DNA from: a virus
Virus record (IMG/VR): IMGVR_UViG_3300023082_000009
Coordinates: 30,880-94,879 of that record
DNA: 64,000 nt
Reading direction: 5' to 3' (one strand)
Part shown: piece by piece, positions 1-9,902 of the stretch
How the letters are laid out: the number at the start of each line of letters is the position of its first letter
Numbering within the stretch: position 1 is the first letter of the stretch
Translations under genes and position numbers: made by a program
Notes under the pieces: model-generated
Seen by the model: the letters and a program-made list of their open reading frames with translations, nothing else
Databases searched by the model: none
Told to the model about the DNA's origin: nothing

Positions 1-2
1 CG

Positions 3-272
3 ATCCTGGGTGAGCAGATCCAGATCTTCGCAGGGGCGGCAGACATCTGCGCACCGGAGGAGCTGGCCCTGCTCGGGGTGAAGATTCCGAAGTGGTACGC
101 GGAGCGGTACCTGGACCCGCAGGAAGTGGCGCAGCTCTTTGACGTATCGGTAGTACGGGCGGGCGAGATTGCCCGGCCTACGCTGCATGCGGTAGCCACC
201 TCGGAAGGCGTTGTGATCAAGGCCGTAGGGGAGGAAGCACCACGCCGCATGCGGATGAGGAGGAACACCTGA
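3..272 (+). CDS. hypothetical protein, 5'-truncated by window edge
   Basis: Frame open from base 3 to the TGA at 270-272, which overlaps the next ATG; C-terminus PRRMRMRRNT. Confidence 0.6.
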   Translation: MLGEQIQIFAGAADICAPEELALLGVKIPKWYAERYLDPQEVAQLFDVSVVRAGEIARPTLHAVATSEGVVIKAVGEEAPRRMRMRRNT

Positions 273-1237
273 TGCCAGACGCACGAGTAGAGCTATGGCG
301 CGATCCTCGCATGATGCAGGACGTGCTTACCTACACCTTCACCTACACTCGCGAGCAGTTCCACGAGATGGAGCGTGATCTGGTCATGTCTGCGCGTAAC
401 ACGGTAGCCCAGGAGCTTTCCCAGCTGATCTACCAGCGCCTGGGAGAGCTAGGGCTGCGGGGAGCCACCATGGCCGCCTGGATGGAGGCTGGATCTGGGC
501 AGGCGCGGCAGTACGGCCTGGGCCTGGACATGGCTAACCCTCAACACATGGTAGGCCTGGGGCTACTTGTTGCTGCGGAGTACCACCGCCCCACTTTCGT
601 CAACCTGATGGATCTGGACCGTGGGGTAGAGGTGCGGCTGGAGTGTGGCTACAACAACCTGGAGTACACGGTAAACCTGTACGTGCATGTCAGGGTTCCA
701 GCGCACTTGGCGTACCGGGGTGGCCGCTCCCTGAGCATGGGAGAGGCGCCTATACGAGGGGACCGGTACCGTATGGGCGGCAGCGAAGTGAACTTGGTCC
801 AGGAGAGTATGACCCTCGACCTGGGCGGAGAGCTGCGCAGCATGCCACGAGGCCCGCGCCGGGCGGAGGTGTCATTAAACGGAGTCGACGTTGGCTCCTT
901 CACGGATCTCACCGTGGCCGCCAATATCACGGGAGGCGAGGCAGTAACACTGCGTGACCCTGCCATGGTAGTAGCGGCTCGCGAGAACCCGGAGCGGGAG
1001 AGCATACGCAACGAGGCCAGGGCACTCACCAATCAGCAACAACTACGCAACCAGGAGCGCATCCTGGAGCAGAACAACATGCGGCAGCAGCAGGTGGCCG
1101 CAGCAAGAGCAGCACTCGACAAACCCCAGGGTGAGTTGAAGCCGCGCAAAGCCAAGAGGGTCAGTGTCGGTACCGAGACACCGCCCCTTGAGGCAGAATC
1201 ACCACGTCGATTGAAACTTCGGCGAGACCGAAAATAA
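272..1237 (+). CDS. hypothetical protein
   Basis: 321-aa ORF with AGGAGG SD; basic C-terminus PRRLKLRRDRK. Confidence 0.7.
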   Translation: MPDARVELWRDPRMMQDVLTYTFTYTREQFHEMERDLVMSARNTVAQELSQLIYQRLGELGLRGATMAAWMEAGSGQARQYGLGLDMANPQHMVGLGLLVAAEYHRPTFVNLMDLDRGVEVRLECGYNNLEYTVNLYVHVRVPAHLAYRGGRSLSMGEAPIRGDRYRMGGSEVNLVQESMTLDLGGELRSMPRGPRRAEVSLNGVDVGSFTDLTVAANITGGEAVTLRDPAMVVAARENPERESIRNEARALTNQQQLRNQERILEQNNMRQQQVAAARAALDKPQGELKPRKAKRVSVGTETPPLEAESPRRLKLRRDRK

Positions 1238-1271
1238 CCAACGTGCAATTGATTGCACAGGAGGCAACAAC

Positions 1272-1715
1272 GTGAGCCACACCAGCGCAGTAAAAAGCAT
1301 TGCCATCACCAGCGTTGAAGCGCTGCGTGAGGCCGTCAAGGAACTGAACGCCAACGGCGTGAAGTGCAGCTTGGTCGAGAACTCCACCCCTCGCGCCTAC
1401 TACAGCAACCAGACCGGCCTGGGCAAAGCCGACTTCGTACTCAAGCTGGACAACAGCCGTTACGACGTTGGCTTCTACAAGTCCGAGAACGGCGGCTACG
1501 AAGTGCGCACCGACTTCTGGGGCCAGGACGTGAAGAACCAGCTCGGCGCCACCGCGTCAGGCCCTGGCAAGACTGAGCAAGCCCAGCTGGGCAAACTCTT
1601 CCAGGCGTACGGCATCCACGCCGCCATGATGGAAGCCCGCCGCAAGGGCCTGATGGCTACCCGCCAGAAAGGCAAGGACGGCATCGAGCAAGTAGTCGTC
1701 TCGGGCTACCGTTAA
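1272..1715 (+). CDS. DUF1257 (Ycf35-like) domain protein
   Basis: AGGAGG SD, GTG start; MSHTSAVKSIAI...YDVGF...DFW...L.QAY pattern typical of DUF1257; followed by a DUF2997-like gene. Confidence 0.7.
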   Translation: MSHTSAVKSIAITSVEALREAVKELNANGVKCSLVENSTPRAYYSNQTGLGKADFVLKLDNSRYDVGFYKSENGGYEVRTDFWGQDVKNQLGATASGPGKTEQAQLGKLFQAYGIHAAMMEARRKGLMATRQKGKDGIEQVVVSGYR

Positions 1716-1750
1716 TCCACTCACCCGGCCATAGGCCAGAGGACCGCACC

Positions 1751-1954
1751 ATGCGTAAGCAAGTCGTTATCTCCATCCTCCCGGATGGCACCACCAGCAT
1801 CGACGCCCAGAACTTCAAAGGTAAGGGCTGCCAGGATGCTACCAACCAGATCGCGCTCGCCCTGGGCGGTGCCGGTCGCGACACGTCGGACGACAAGAAG
1901 AAGCCTGACTTCTTCGCGCCCGGCACCACCGGCACCCAGACCCACAACGTCTGA
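1751..1954 (+). CDS. DUF2997 domain protein
   Basis: VVISILPDGTTSIDAQNFKGKGCQDAT...KKPDFF matches the DUF2997 pattern; usual partner of DUF1257. Confidence 0.7.
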   Translation: MRKQVVISILPDGTTSIDAQNFKGKGCQDATNQIALALGGAGRDTSDDKKKPDFFAPGTTGTQTHNV

Positions 1955-1978
1955 TAGCGAGGCACCAGGAGAGAGATC

Positions 1979-2353
1979 ATGGGACTGTTAGCCAATAGCT
2001 TGGACAAGCCGCAGGACGCAGTGGTTATCACCTTCGGGGAGGACGGCTCTGCCGAGTCCCTGCACGTAGACCAGTTCGACCTGGGCTTCCTCGGCAAGAA
2101 GGAAATCACCCGCGCCACGGACATCCGCTTCGAGGGTGACACGCAGGACTGGACGATCTACCTCCTGGACGCCAAGGGCGAAAACCCTACGCTGGCCTGG
2201 AAGGGCTGCAAAGGCCTGCCCTCCTACGAAGTGGCGCGCACCGTCGAGGTGGCTTGGTTGAACCTTTGCCGTCTCAACGATGCCGACCCGCGTGACGGGG
2301 ACGGACACACCTACCTCAACCAAGCACGGAAGGCCAACGGTCTCGCCATCTGA
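1979..2353 (+). CDS. hypothetical protein (DUF1257/DUF2997 cluster)
   Basis: AGGAG SD; phage-like codon use. Confidence 0.7.
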   Translation: MGLLANSLDKPQDAVVITFGEDGSAESLHVDQFDLGFLGKKEITRATDIRFEGDTQDWTIYLLDAKGENPTLAWKGCKGLPSYEVARTVEVAWLNLCRLNDADPRDGDGHTYLNQARKANGLAI

Positions 2354-2366
2354 CCTTCCACCCCTC

Positions 2367-2392
2367 GGGCGCTTCGGCGCCCTTCCTTGTTT
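2367..2392 (+). terminator. possible intrinsic terminator / UUCG hairpin
   Basis: GGGCGC-TTCG-GCGCCC with a weak T-rich tail. Confidence 0.45.
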
Positions 2393-2403
2393 CGGAGAAC
2401 ACC

Positions 2404-2727
2404 ATGAGTCGATCAATCGCAGAAGAGCTGCTGGCGCGAGTGCGTGAGCAGATCCACGGCATCGGAGCCCGCCCAGGCCCGTCCGCTTTGGCCGTGTATT
2501 GCTGGGTGCTGGGCGTCATGTCTTACGAGGGCGTCCGCGTCCTGGAAGTGACCCCTTCCCAGATCCATCTGGGCGTAGTAGTCGGAGGCAACGCCCGCTA
2601 CACCGGGGTGGGCTTCTCCTTGAACACGATCAAATCGTCACTGGAGATCCTGGAGCATCACGGCTGGCTTATCATCAGCAGGAAGCCCGCGAAGAAGGGC
2701 GAGATCCTCCGTATCGAAACCCCATAG
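2404..2727 (+). CDS. hypothetical protein, possible winged helix
   Basis: GGAG SD; C-terminal SLNTIKSSLEILEHHGWL resembles a wHTH recognition helix and wing. Confidence 0.55.
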   Translation: MSRSIAEELLARVREQIHGIGARPGPSALAVYCWVLGVMSYEGVRVLEVTPSQIHLGVVVGGNARYTGVGFSLNTIKSSLEILEHHGWLIISRKPAKKGEILRIETP

Positions 2728-2737
2728 GGCCTCCGCC

Positions 2738-3274
2738 ATGACGCGCTTAGTTCAGCAACCGCTAGTAGATCGCAAAGAGTTTCACGAGCTGTACCGCAAG
2801 CTCCGTTTTTGGTGGGGCATGCGGCACATCGAAGAGTCCGCCTACCTGCTCGGCATGCACGTCCTCCAGAAGATGAGCAAGCAAGACAGCCTGGAAGTGT
2901 CCGGGACTTGGCGCGAGTTCGCCGGTCAGATCGTGATGCGCGGCGGCGAGATCCTCGCTGGCCCTGTCGACGATAACCAGTACATGTTCCTCGGCGCCCT
3001 GCACCAGCTGCAAGGTACCGTGGGCGTGCTGAGCCACATCAACCAGGAAGGCATCGAGCTGACCAAAGCAGACGCCTACCAGAACCTGGGCCGCAGCCCA
3101 CACTTCACCAAGGAGCCGGGCGTAGATCCTAACCTGATCGGGGCGGACACTCCGTTGCTCTTCGTGTACGTGCCGTGGGCCGGGTACGACATGGAAGCCA
3201 CCTGGGCGAAGTACCCAGAGTGCGGTCGGCTGGTCAACCTCCCGAACTGGCTCACGGTGAAGGGGAGGGGCTAG
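2738..3274 (+). CDS. hypothetical protein
   Basis: 178-aa ORF with phage-like codon use. Confidence 0.7.
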   Translation: MTRLVQQPLVDRKEFHELYRKLRFWWGMRHIEESAYLLGMHVLQKMSKQDSLEVSGTWREFAGQIVMRGGEILAGPVDDNQYMFLGALHQLQGTVGVLSHINQEGIELTKADAYQNLGRSPHFTKEPGVDPNLIGADTPLLFVYVPWAGYDMEATWAKYPECGRLVNLPNWLTVKGRG

Positions 3275-3276
3275 CC

Positions 3277-4632
3277 ATGAAGTACAACCACGGGCACCAC
3301 ACTTTGTCGACCCTGGCAAAGACGCTGACCACCAAAGACGACGCTCACTTCATCGCCTACATCGAAGTGATGTCCGTTCTGGGCAAGTTCTGGTCCGCCC
3401 GGTTCACCCCCAGCGAGTTCCTGGTCCTCAGTTTCCTGGCCAATCGCACGCTGATTTTCCGTAAACGGGCGGAGGCAATCACCCGTAGACACTTCGAGGA
3501 GGGCATCTCGTCGGAGAGAGGGGACACCTGCACAGGCTGCGGAGTGAGCGAACACGCCCGAGTCAGGGCTTTAAACTCTTTGTGTTCCCGCAATTTCATC
3601 AACGTACACTGCTTTTTGGAAGGCAAAACAGAGACCAAGCCCCGGATCTACGAGCTGAATTATGAGCTTTTAGTAGAGGGCCACGACCTCGGGGAGATCC
3701 GAAACATGCTAAAACGTAGCCGAACACTCGACCGAGATAAGCGTCCCGAGGACGATTTTTATGCCGAAAATACCCCCCGACAATTCGCGGGGGTACCCCC
3801 CGACAATCGTGGAGGCTTAACAGAGCTATTACATAGCTCTAAAAGAACTTCTATTAACATAGAAGAGTCGGCAGCTGCGCAGCCGAGCCAATCGAGGTTG
3901 AAGGTTGGTAAGAAGACAGTAGCGGGCGCAATCAATTGCACACCCAAACCTCCGCCTACTGGTAATGCCGCAGAGCGCATCGCGCAGATCCAAGCTGACA
4001 CTACGAAAGCTCGGACCACCCGCGTGGCTACTGCAAAGACCCTCCCCGCCCGGCGCTGGGAGATCAAGGATCTACAGGCCCTCCTTGACCAGGGGCGCGC
4101 CGACGCGGGCGTCACCGTGCCTCGCGTTATGGCGACTACCAAAGGGGCGGGTGTGTTGTTCAAGCGGATGAAGGAAGCCGAGATCACCGACGCGCTGGAG
4201 TTCTTCACCTGGACCTTCCAGAACTGGGGCACCGTGGCCTCGGCCAACCGCCGCGCCAAGGCCAAGCAGTTGAAGGACACCAAGGCGTCGAACAGCGAGA
4301 TGTCCCTGATCCCGAACTTCGCGGAGCTGGCCTACCGCTTCCCCTACATCCTCGCGTTCTTCAACGACCGCAAGTACACCAAGGTGCAGGAAGAGCAGAA
4401 GGTTGTCCGGCAGAAGCAGGAGACCCGCGCCCTCGCAGAGAAGCAGCAGGTGGCCATTGCTACCCGCCGCGACATCGTGCGCCAGCAGGACATCGAGCAA
4501 CGCGACAAAGACCGAGCTGCCCAGGAGCGTCGCGTAGCCCGCCCGGTCGTGCGCCGCAGCCGCCAGCTCGTCGACGACCTGGACGAACCGTTGCCAGCCT
4601 ACAAAGAAAGGGAGTGGAACCCAGATGAGTAA
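3277..4632 (+). CDS. putative replication initiator (lambda O-like, N-terminal wHTH)
   Basis: GGAGG SD; N-terminal wHTH-like segment (EFLVLSFLANRT...RVRALNSL...PRIYELN); internal direct repeats and AT-rich tract; lies upstream of DnaC-like and DnaB genes. Confidence 0.6.
   Translation: MKYNHGHHTLSTLAKTLTTKDDAHFIAYIEVMSVLGKFWSARFTPSEFLVLSFLANRTLIFRKRAEAITRRHFEEGISSERGDTCTGCGVSEHARVRALNSLCSRNFINVHCFLEGKTETKPRIYELNYELLVEGHDLGEIRNMLKRSRTLDRDKRPEDDFYAENTPRQFAGVPPDNRGGLTELLHSSKRTSINIEESAAAQPSQSRLKVGKKTVAGAINCTPKPPPTGNAAERIAQIQADTTKARTTRVATAKTLPARRWEIKDLQALLDQGRADAGVTVPRVMATTKGAGVLFKRMKEAEITDALEFFTWTFQNWGTVASANRRAKAKQLKDTKASNSEMSLIPNFAELAYRFPYILAFFNDRKYTKVQEEQKVVRQKQETRALAEKQQVAIATRRDIVRQQDIEQRDKDRAAQERRVARPVVRRSRQLVDDLDEPLPAYKEREWNPDE
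3771..3865. other. putative replication origin inside the initiator gene
   Basis: TACCCCCCGACAAT at 3771-3784 and 3794-3807, then an AT-rich tract with inverted repeats at 3822-3840 and 3848-3865. Confidence 0.5.
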
Positions 4633-5230
4633 GTCAACCGAACGTTTCATGGCTGCCGGGGTTCCTCGGTCCTGCTGGGAGCTGAGCTGCCGCGACCGTG
4701 GTCAGGTGAACATCACCGAGTGGGCCAAGGAGCAGGCCCGCCGCCGTAAAGAGCGGGAGGCCCTTGTCTCCGCCTACGTCCTGCACCCCGTGACCAAGCG
4801 AGGGGCCGAACGCCGGGCGGAGGATTTCACCTATTGCCAGGAGACGGTCGACCTGCTCGCGAGGCAGGCGGTGCTTGAAGGATTGCCTGTGAAAGTAGTT
4901 CCGTTCCACGGGCTGGTTCATGCTCTTCAACACCCCTCGGCCTATATCTCCCAGGACACGGACCCAGAAGCCCGCGCCAGGACCACGATATTTGACTTAC
5001 TTGGTCAAGGAGTTATTGTCGTACCTCTCCTGCCCAACCCGCTCGACGCTGAATGCGAGCCATATCAGTATCGGGTCGCGCTCGACTTCCTGCTCACCCA
5101 CCTCTACGAGGGCGGTGCCCTGGTCATCGGCGGTTCGGAGCAGCTAAGCAAGCGACTTCAAAGTGGCTACCCCGATTCCCTGGAACGTCTACTCCTGGGG
5201 AACTCGGAATACTTCGGGACAGGCTCATGA
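4625..5230 (+). CDS. degenerate DnaC/IstB-like helicase loader
   Basis: Sits between initiator and DnaB; N-terminal AGVPRS motif; no intact Walker A. Confidence 0.4.
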   Translation: MSKSTERFMAAGVPRSCWELSCRDRGQVNITEWAKEQARRRKEREALVSAYVLHPVTKRGAERRAEDFTYCQETVDLLARQAVLEGLPVKVVPFHGLVHALQHPSAYISQDTDPEARARTTIFDLLGQGVIVVPLLPNPLDAECEPYQYRVALDFLLTHLYEGGALVIGGSEQLSKRLQSGYPDSLERLLLGNSEYFGTGS

Positions 5231-6501
5231 GCACAGGATTGAAATTCATCGCTTCGGCGATCCAGCACCAGGCGGGGAACGCGATCATCCGCGTCGACCC
5301 CGACCTGCTGATCACGGAGCAAGAGGTAGCGGTCTACGAGTTCTGCCGTGACTACTACCGCAGCTACCGCGAAGTGCCCACGCCCGCGATGGTCCAGGAG
5401 AACCTGAACATCCGCATGCCTCGGGTAGAAGGGCCGGTGGGTTTCTACGAAGACGAACTCCAGGATCGCTTCAACTTCGAGGTGGTCCGGGAGGGCTTCA
5501 CCGATCTGCGCTCGATGGTCCAGGAAGGCAAGCCCGGTCCGATGATCGAGACCATGGAGCAGACCATCCGGCGCATCCGTCGGACCCGTCGCGGCCAGGG
5601 CGGGATGATCAACATCGGCGAAGCCATGACCTTGGCCATCGACCGCCTGCAAGCCCTCCAGGGGAGCGGCGGGATGTCAGGGGTACCTACCCCTTGGCCG
5701 ACCCTCAATCGCATCACCAGCGGCTACCAGAACGCCGACCTGATCACCTGGGTGGGCCGGACCTCCCTCGGTAAGACGATGATGCTCCTGGCCCAAGCCG
5801 AGTTCGCCTATGACAACGGCTACTCGGTTCTTTTCGTTACGACGGAGATGGCCTCGGAAGCAATCGCACGACGCTGGATGGCCATGAAGTGGGGCTTCGA
5901 TCCCGAGGCCCTCAAGTCGGCCCAGGTCTCCACTTACACCCTGCGCAAGATGCGTGCGCTGAACGTCGAACTCCTCGGGCGGGAGCGCTTCCGTTTGCTC
6001 AGCGCCGGGATGAAGGGTGACCTTGCCATGGTCGAGGCCGCCATCGAAGAGATGCAGCCCGACATCCTGTTCCTGGACGGTGTGTACCTGATGCGCCCGA
6101 GCGGCAAGCAAGTACCCCGCAGCAAGACCGAGCAGGTCTCTGCCGTGTTCGACGAACTCAAGCAACGCAACATCGACACCAATATCCCGTTTGTCGTCAA
6201 TACCCAGTTCAACCGGTCATCCGGGAAGGGCGGTAAAGAGGGCAGCCTGGAAAGCATCGGCCTCTCCGACACGATTGGCCAACACAGCTCCATCGTAATT
6301 GCGATCAAGCCTGGACCCACGGACAACTGGCACCACTCCCGAGAGCTGGACTTGCTCAAGGGGCGGGAAGGTGAACAGGGCAAGGTGAACATCAATTACC
6401 GCTTCAAACCTACGGATCTCAGCGAGATGTCGGATGAGCAACTGGAGGAATGCAGCAATGGGGCGCCCGCTATCGGAAGCGATGGCGAGATCTACACTTG
6501 A
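5227..6501 (+). CDS. dnaB: DnaB-like replicative helicase
   Basis: GVPTPWPTLN, Walker A GRTSLGKT, VTTEM, FLDGVYLM, TQFNR, LLKGREG; ATGA overlap with upstream gene. Confidence 0.9.
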   Translation: MSTGLKFIASAIQHQAGNAIIRVDPDLLITEQEVAVYEFCRDYYRSYREVPTPAMVQENLNIRMPRVEGPVGFYEDELQDRFNFEVVREGFTDLRSMVQEGKPGPMIETMEQTIRRIRRTRRGQGGMINIGEAMTLAIDRLQALQGSGGMSGVPTPWPTLNRITSGYQNADLITWVGRTSLGKTMMLLAQAEFAYDNGYSVLFVTTEMASEAIARRWMAMKWGFDPEALKSAQVSTYTLRKMRALNVELLGRERFRLLSAGMKGDLAMVEAAIEEMQPDILFLDGVYLMRPSGKQVPRSKTEQVSAVFDELKQRNIDTNIPFVVNTQFNRSSGKGGKEGSLESIGLSDTIGQHSSIVIAIKPGPTDNWHHSRELDLLKGREGEQGKVNINYRFKPTDLSEMSDEQLEECSNGAPAIGSDGEIYT

Positions 6502-6511
6502 GGACTGAGCA

Positions 6512-9391
6512 ATGACATGCAACCGCGACCTTTGTGAGGGGTGCCCGATTGACGGGCTCCATGAGCCAGTCGAGCCGTTGGGCTACGAGGACGCTCCCTA
6601 CCTCATCGTGACAGACACACCGAGCAAGGCAGGTGCCAAAGCTGGCCGCCTCCTTGCACCTTCCCACAAGGCAATGCTGTTCAAGCACATGGGCAACGAG
6701 CAGTTCACCGAGGACCAGTTCCAGTACCACCCTCTCTGCCTCTGCCCGTTCGACCAGGACCAGTACAAGAACACCGAGAAGAAGAAGATCTTCAAACACT
6801 GCCGGGCGCACCTGGAGGACTTCATCGACGAGATCCGTCCCGAGGTGATCATCCCCCTGGGCAGCGAGGCCGCGTGCCAAGTCTTCAACAAGTCGGTGAA
6901 GATCACCCAGGTGAAAGGTCTGGGTGCTCAGTCCGATGAGTTCGGCGTGCCGATCTTCCCGCTCCAGAACCCAGGCCTCGCCACTTTCCGTCCTGAGAAC
7001 GAACCAGTCCTCGCGGCGGACATTGCGTCGTTCGGGCGGTTGGTGGATGCAGGCTTCGACATCGCCAAAGCTGACGACTTCATGACGGGCGATTACACCG
7101 AGGTGACTGACCTCCAGTTCCTCATCGACGGCAAGCACGAACTGCTCTCGTACGATACCGAGACCACCGGCCTGCGCTGGTACCAGAAGGGCGTCAACGT
7201 CCGCACCTACGACGAGGCCAAGCACAAAGGCAAGGACTGGTTCCGCCCACGGTTCCAGATCCTTACGATGCAGTTCACCGTGAAGACCGGCGAGGCGTTT
7301 ATCCTGGTCTGGGACCACCCAGAACGCCCGATCCCCGAGGAGCGCAAGCCTGTATTGCGTAACCAGCTTCGGCAGCTGTTGTGCGCACCAGAAACCACGG
7401 TAATCGGACAGCGCATCAAGTTCGATAACGTGGCTCTTTGGATGACCGAGGGTATCCGTTTCCCTATCGGCGGGTGCACCCAGATGCTGTGCGCGATCCA
7501 CGATGAAAACCTGCCCGAGAAGAACCTGGACATCCTCACCAAGATCCATGCGCCGGAGATGGCCGGGTACGCCGACCGCTTCAACGCCAGCGTGGACAAG
7601 TCGAGGATGTGGGAAGTCCCGATCAAGACCATGATCCCGTACGGCGGTGGCGATACCGATGCAGCGTTCCGCGTCTACAACGAGCTGGAGCGCCTCGTGC
7701 AGGAAGACGAAAAGAACTGGAACCACTACTGCCGCGTCTCGATCCCAGGCCTCAACGCCCTGGCCGCAATGGAGACCCGAGGCATGCTCGTGGATCTCGA
7801 AGTGGCCCTGCCAGAGTTCCAGGCCTACCTGGAGGAGGAGGTGCTGCGCCAGCGCAACAGCCTGCTGGCCCAGGTGCACCGCGACATCAAGCGCGACCAC
7901 ATCGAAGCCAAGAAGGGCGACGTGGAAGAGGCCCTCAAGTTCTCCCGTCAAGAGTTCCTCAAGGACATCCTGTTCAACCATCCGAAGGGCTTCAAACTCA
8001 AGCCGAAGGTGTGGACCAAGACGACAGAGAAACTGCCGGACCACATGAAGGAGCCGAGCACCAGCTCGAAGGACCACCTGCCGTTCTTCTTCGAGAGCTG
8101 CCCCTTCACGTTCGAGCTGGCCGAGTACGTCAAAGACTCCACCATGCTGCGCAACAACGTCCAGGGCTTCCAGGACAAGTTCGTGGTAGATGGATGGTGC
8201 CGACCGACCTACTTCCTGGACGTGGCGGTGACCCGTCGTACGGCCTCGCGTGACCCCAACGGCCAGAACTTTCCGAAGCGTGGCAAGAAGGCCAAGATGT
8301 ACCAGCGTTCGTTCATCGCGCCCAAGGGCAAAGTGATCATCGCGTGCGACTTATCGCAGGCCGAGCTGCGCATCGCGGGCGACATGGCCAACGACAAAGA
8401 GATCATCAGGATCTACAACGAAAACGGCGATATTCACATCACCACGGCTGCTCTCGCGATGGGCATCAGCGAAGAGAAGTTCGCCCTGCTCCCGGCCAAG
8501 GAACGTAAGGAGTGGCGGCAGAAGGCCAAGGCGATCAACTTCGGTTTCATCTACGGGATGTCGTGGAAGAAGTTCATGGCTTACGCCAAGACCCAGTACG
8601 GGGTGGAGTTCACCGAGACCGAAGCCAAGAACATCCGGTCGAACTACTTCAAGAAGTACAAGGGCATTGCAGCGTGGCACGAAGTGGTCAAGAACTTCGT
8701 CAAGCAACACGGCTTCGTCCGCTCCTACAGCGGCCTCGTGCGCCACCTGCCAAGCGTTTACTCCGAGGAGGAGTGGATTCAGGCGGAGGCCATGCGCCAA
8801 GGCATCAACAGCCCGGTGCAAGAGTTCGGCTCCACCCTGGGCGTGATCAGTCTCGGGCGGATGAACGAAGAGATGGACCCGGTGTACCTGGAAGTGTTTG
8901 GCTTCATCCACGACGCCATCTACGCCTACGTCGACGAGAAGTATGTCGACTGGGGCCTCAAGACACTCAAGGGCTACATGCAGTCCAACGACCTGGAAGA
9001 TCTGTTTGGCCGGAAGATGAAGGTGCCGATCATCGCCGACGCGGCGTTTGGCTGGAACCAGGGCGAGCTGTACGAGCTGGGCGACTACGGTGGCTTCGAC
9101 CTCGACACCCCGTACGACTTCACCCAGATCCAGGACAAGGACGGCAATCAGCTGGTCGATCTGCCACCGCAGGAGATCCCACCAAATGGCGGTTTCCTCA
9201 CCCGCTCCCCGTACACCGAGGTCACCGACCTGGAAGACGAAAGCGTTGTGGTCGCAGTGCGCCGTCGCCACCTGGGCGTAGCACCGCCACGCCAAGCACA
9301 GGTCAAGCCACGCCGGGTGGCCGTCCGGGAGGAGGAACCGGAGCAAGTCAAGGCGGTCAAGCGGACGTACCGCAGCCGCGAATCAGTGTAG
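6512..9391 (+). CDS. polA: family A DNA polymerase with N-terminal UDG-like (family 4, Fe-S) domain and 3'-5' exonuclease
   Basis: ExoI YDTETTG; motif A DLSQAELR; motif B RQKAKAINFGFIYG; motif C IHDAI; N-terminal CEGCP...IRPEVIIPLG UDG-like fold. Confidence 0.93.
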   Translation: MTCNRDLCEGCPIDGLHEPVEPLGYEDAPYLIVTDTPSKAGAKAGRLLAPSHKAMLFKHMGNEQFTEDQFQYHPLCLCPFDQDQYKNTEKKKIFKHCRAHLEDFIDEIRPEVIIPLGSEAACQVFNKSVKITQVKGLGAQSDEFGVPIFPLQNPGLATFRPENEPVLAADIASFGRLVDAGFDIAKADDFMTGDYTEVTDLQFLIDGKHELLSYDTETTGLRWYQKGVNVRTYDEAKHKGKDWFRPRFQILTMQFTVKTGEAFILVWDHPERPIPEERKPVLRNQLRQLLCAPETTVIGQRIKFDNVALWMTEGIRFPIGGCTQMLCAIHDENLPEKNLDILTKIHAPEMAGYADRFNASVDKSRMWEVPIKTMIPYGGGDTDAAFRVYNELERLVQEDEKNWNHYCRVSIPGLNALAAMETRGMLVDLEVALPEFQAYLEEEVLRQRNSLLAQVHRDIKRDHIEAKKGDVEEALKFSRQEFLKDILFNHPKGFKLKPKVWTKTTEKLPDHMKEPSTSSKDHLPFFFESCPFTFELAEYVKDSTMLRNNVQGFQDKFVVDGWCRPTYFLDVAVTRRTASRDPNGQNFPKRGKKAKMYQRSFIAPKGKVIIACDLSQAELRIAGDMANDKEIIRIYNENGDIHITTAALAMGISEEKFALLPAKERKEWRQKAKAINFGFIYGMSWKKFMAYAKTQYGVEFTETEAKNIRSNYFKKYKGIAAWHEVVKNFVKQHGFVRSYSGLVRHLPSVYSEEEWIQAEAMRQGINSPVQEFGSTLGVISLGRMNEEMDPVYLEVFGFIHDAIYAYVDEKYVDWGLKTLKGYMQSNDLEDLFGRKMKVPIIADAAFGWNQGELYELGDYGGFDLDTPYDFTQIQDKDGNQLVDLPPQEIPPNGGFLTRSPYTEVTDLEDESVVVAVRRRHLGVAPPRQAQVKPRRVAVREEEPEQVKAVKRTYRSRESV

Positions 9392-9446
9392 CTACCCTGG
9401 GGCCGTGATTGGCCCCAGACTTCTTTTCACTACAGGAGATACCACC

Positions 9447-9902
9447 ATGTCCGAAGAACGCATCATCCGCCGCACACGCACCGTAGCCCGAGGGGTACTC
9501 CGCCAGGAGCCTACTCACCTGGGCGACATCAACCAACGCATGCAATTGATTGCAGAAGCCGAGGCCGAGATCCGCAAGACCCTGGAGGCCATCGAGACAG
9601 CCAAGGCCGAAGTGGAAGACCTCATGAAGGCCGCAAAGCTGACCACCCACGAGCACCTGGGGCTGATCGCGGAGTGGGTCGAGACCAAGACCAACTCGTC
9701 TACCGAAGTCAGCGTAGAAGCGGCTCGCAAGGCGATCAGGAACGACAAGGACTTCTTCTCCGTCCTCAAGGTCCAGATGGGTCCGCTGGGCAAGGTGCTG
9801 TCCGAGAACGAGATCAAGGCCATCGCCAAGGTCACGCCCGGTCAGGTCACCGGCAAGAAGTTCCAGATCATGCAACCGAAAAAGAAGGCAGGCAAAAAAT
9901 GA
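9447..9902 (+). CDS. hypothetical coiled-coil protein
   Basis: AGGAG SD; N-terminus MSEERIIRRTR. Confidence 0.75.
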   Translation: MSEERIIRRTRTVARGVLRQEPTHLGDINQRMQLIAEAEAEIRKTLEAIETAKAEVEDLMKAAKLTTHEHLGLIAEWVETKTNSSTEVSVEAARKAIRNDKDFFSVLKVQMGPLGKVLSENEIKAIAKVTPGQVTGKKFQIMQPKKKAGKK

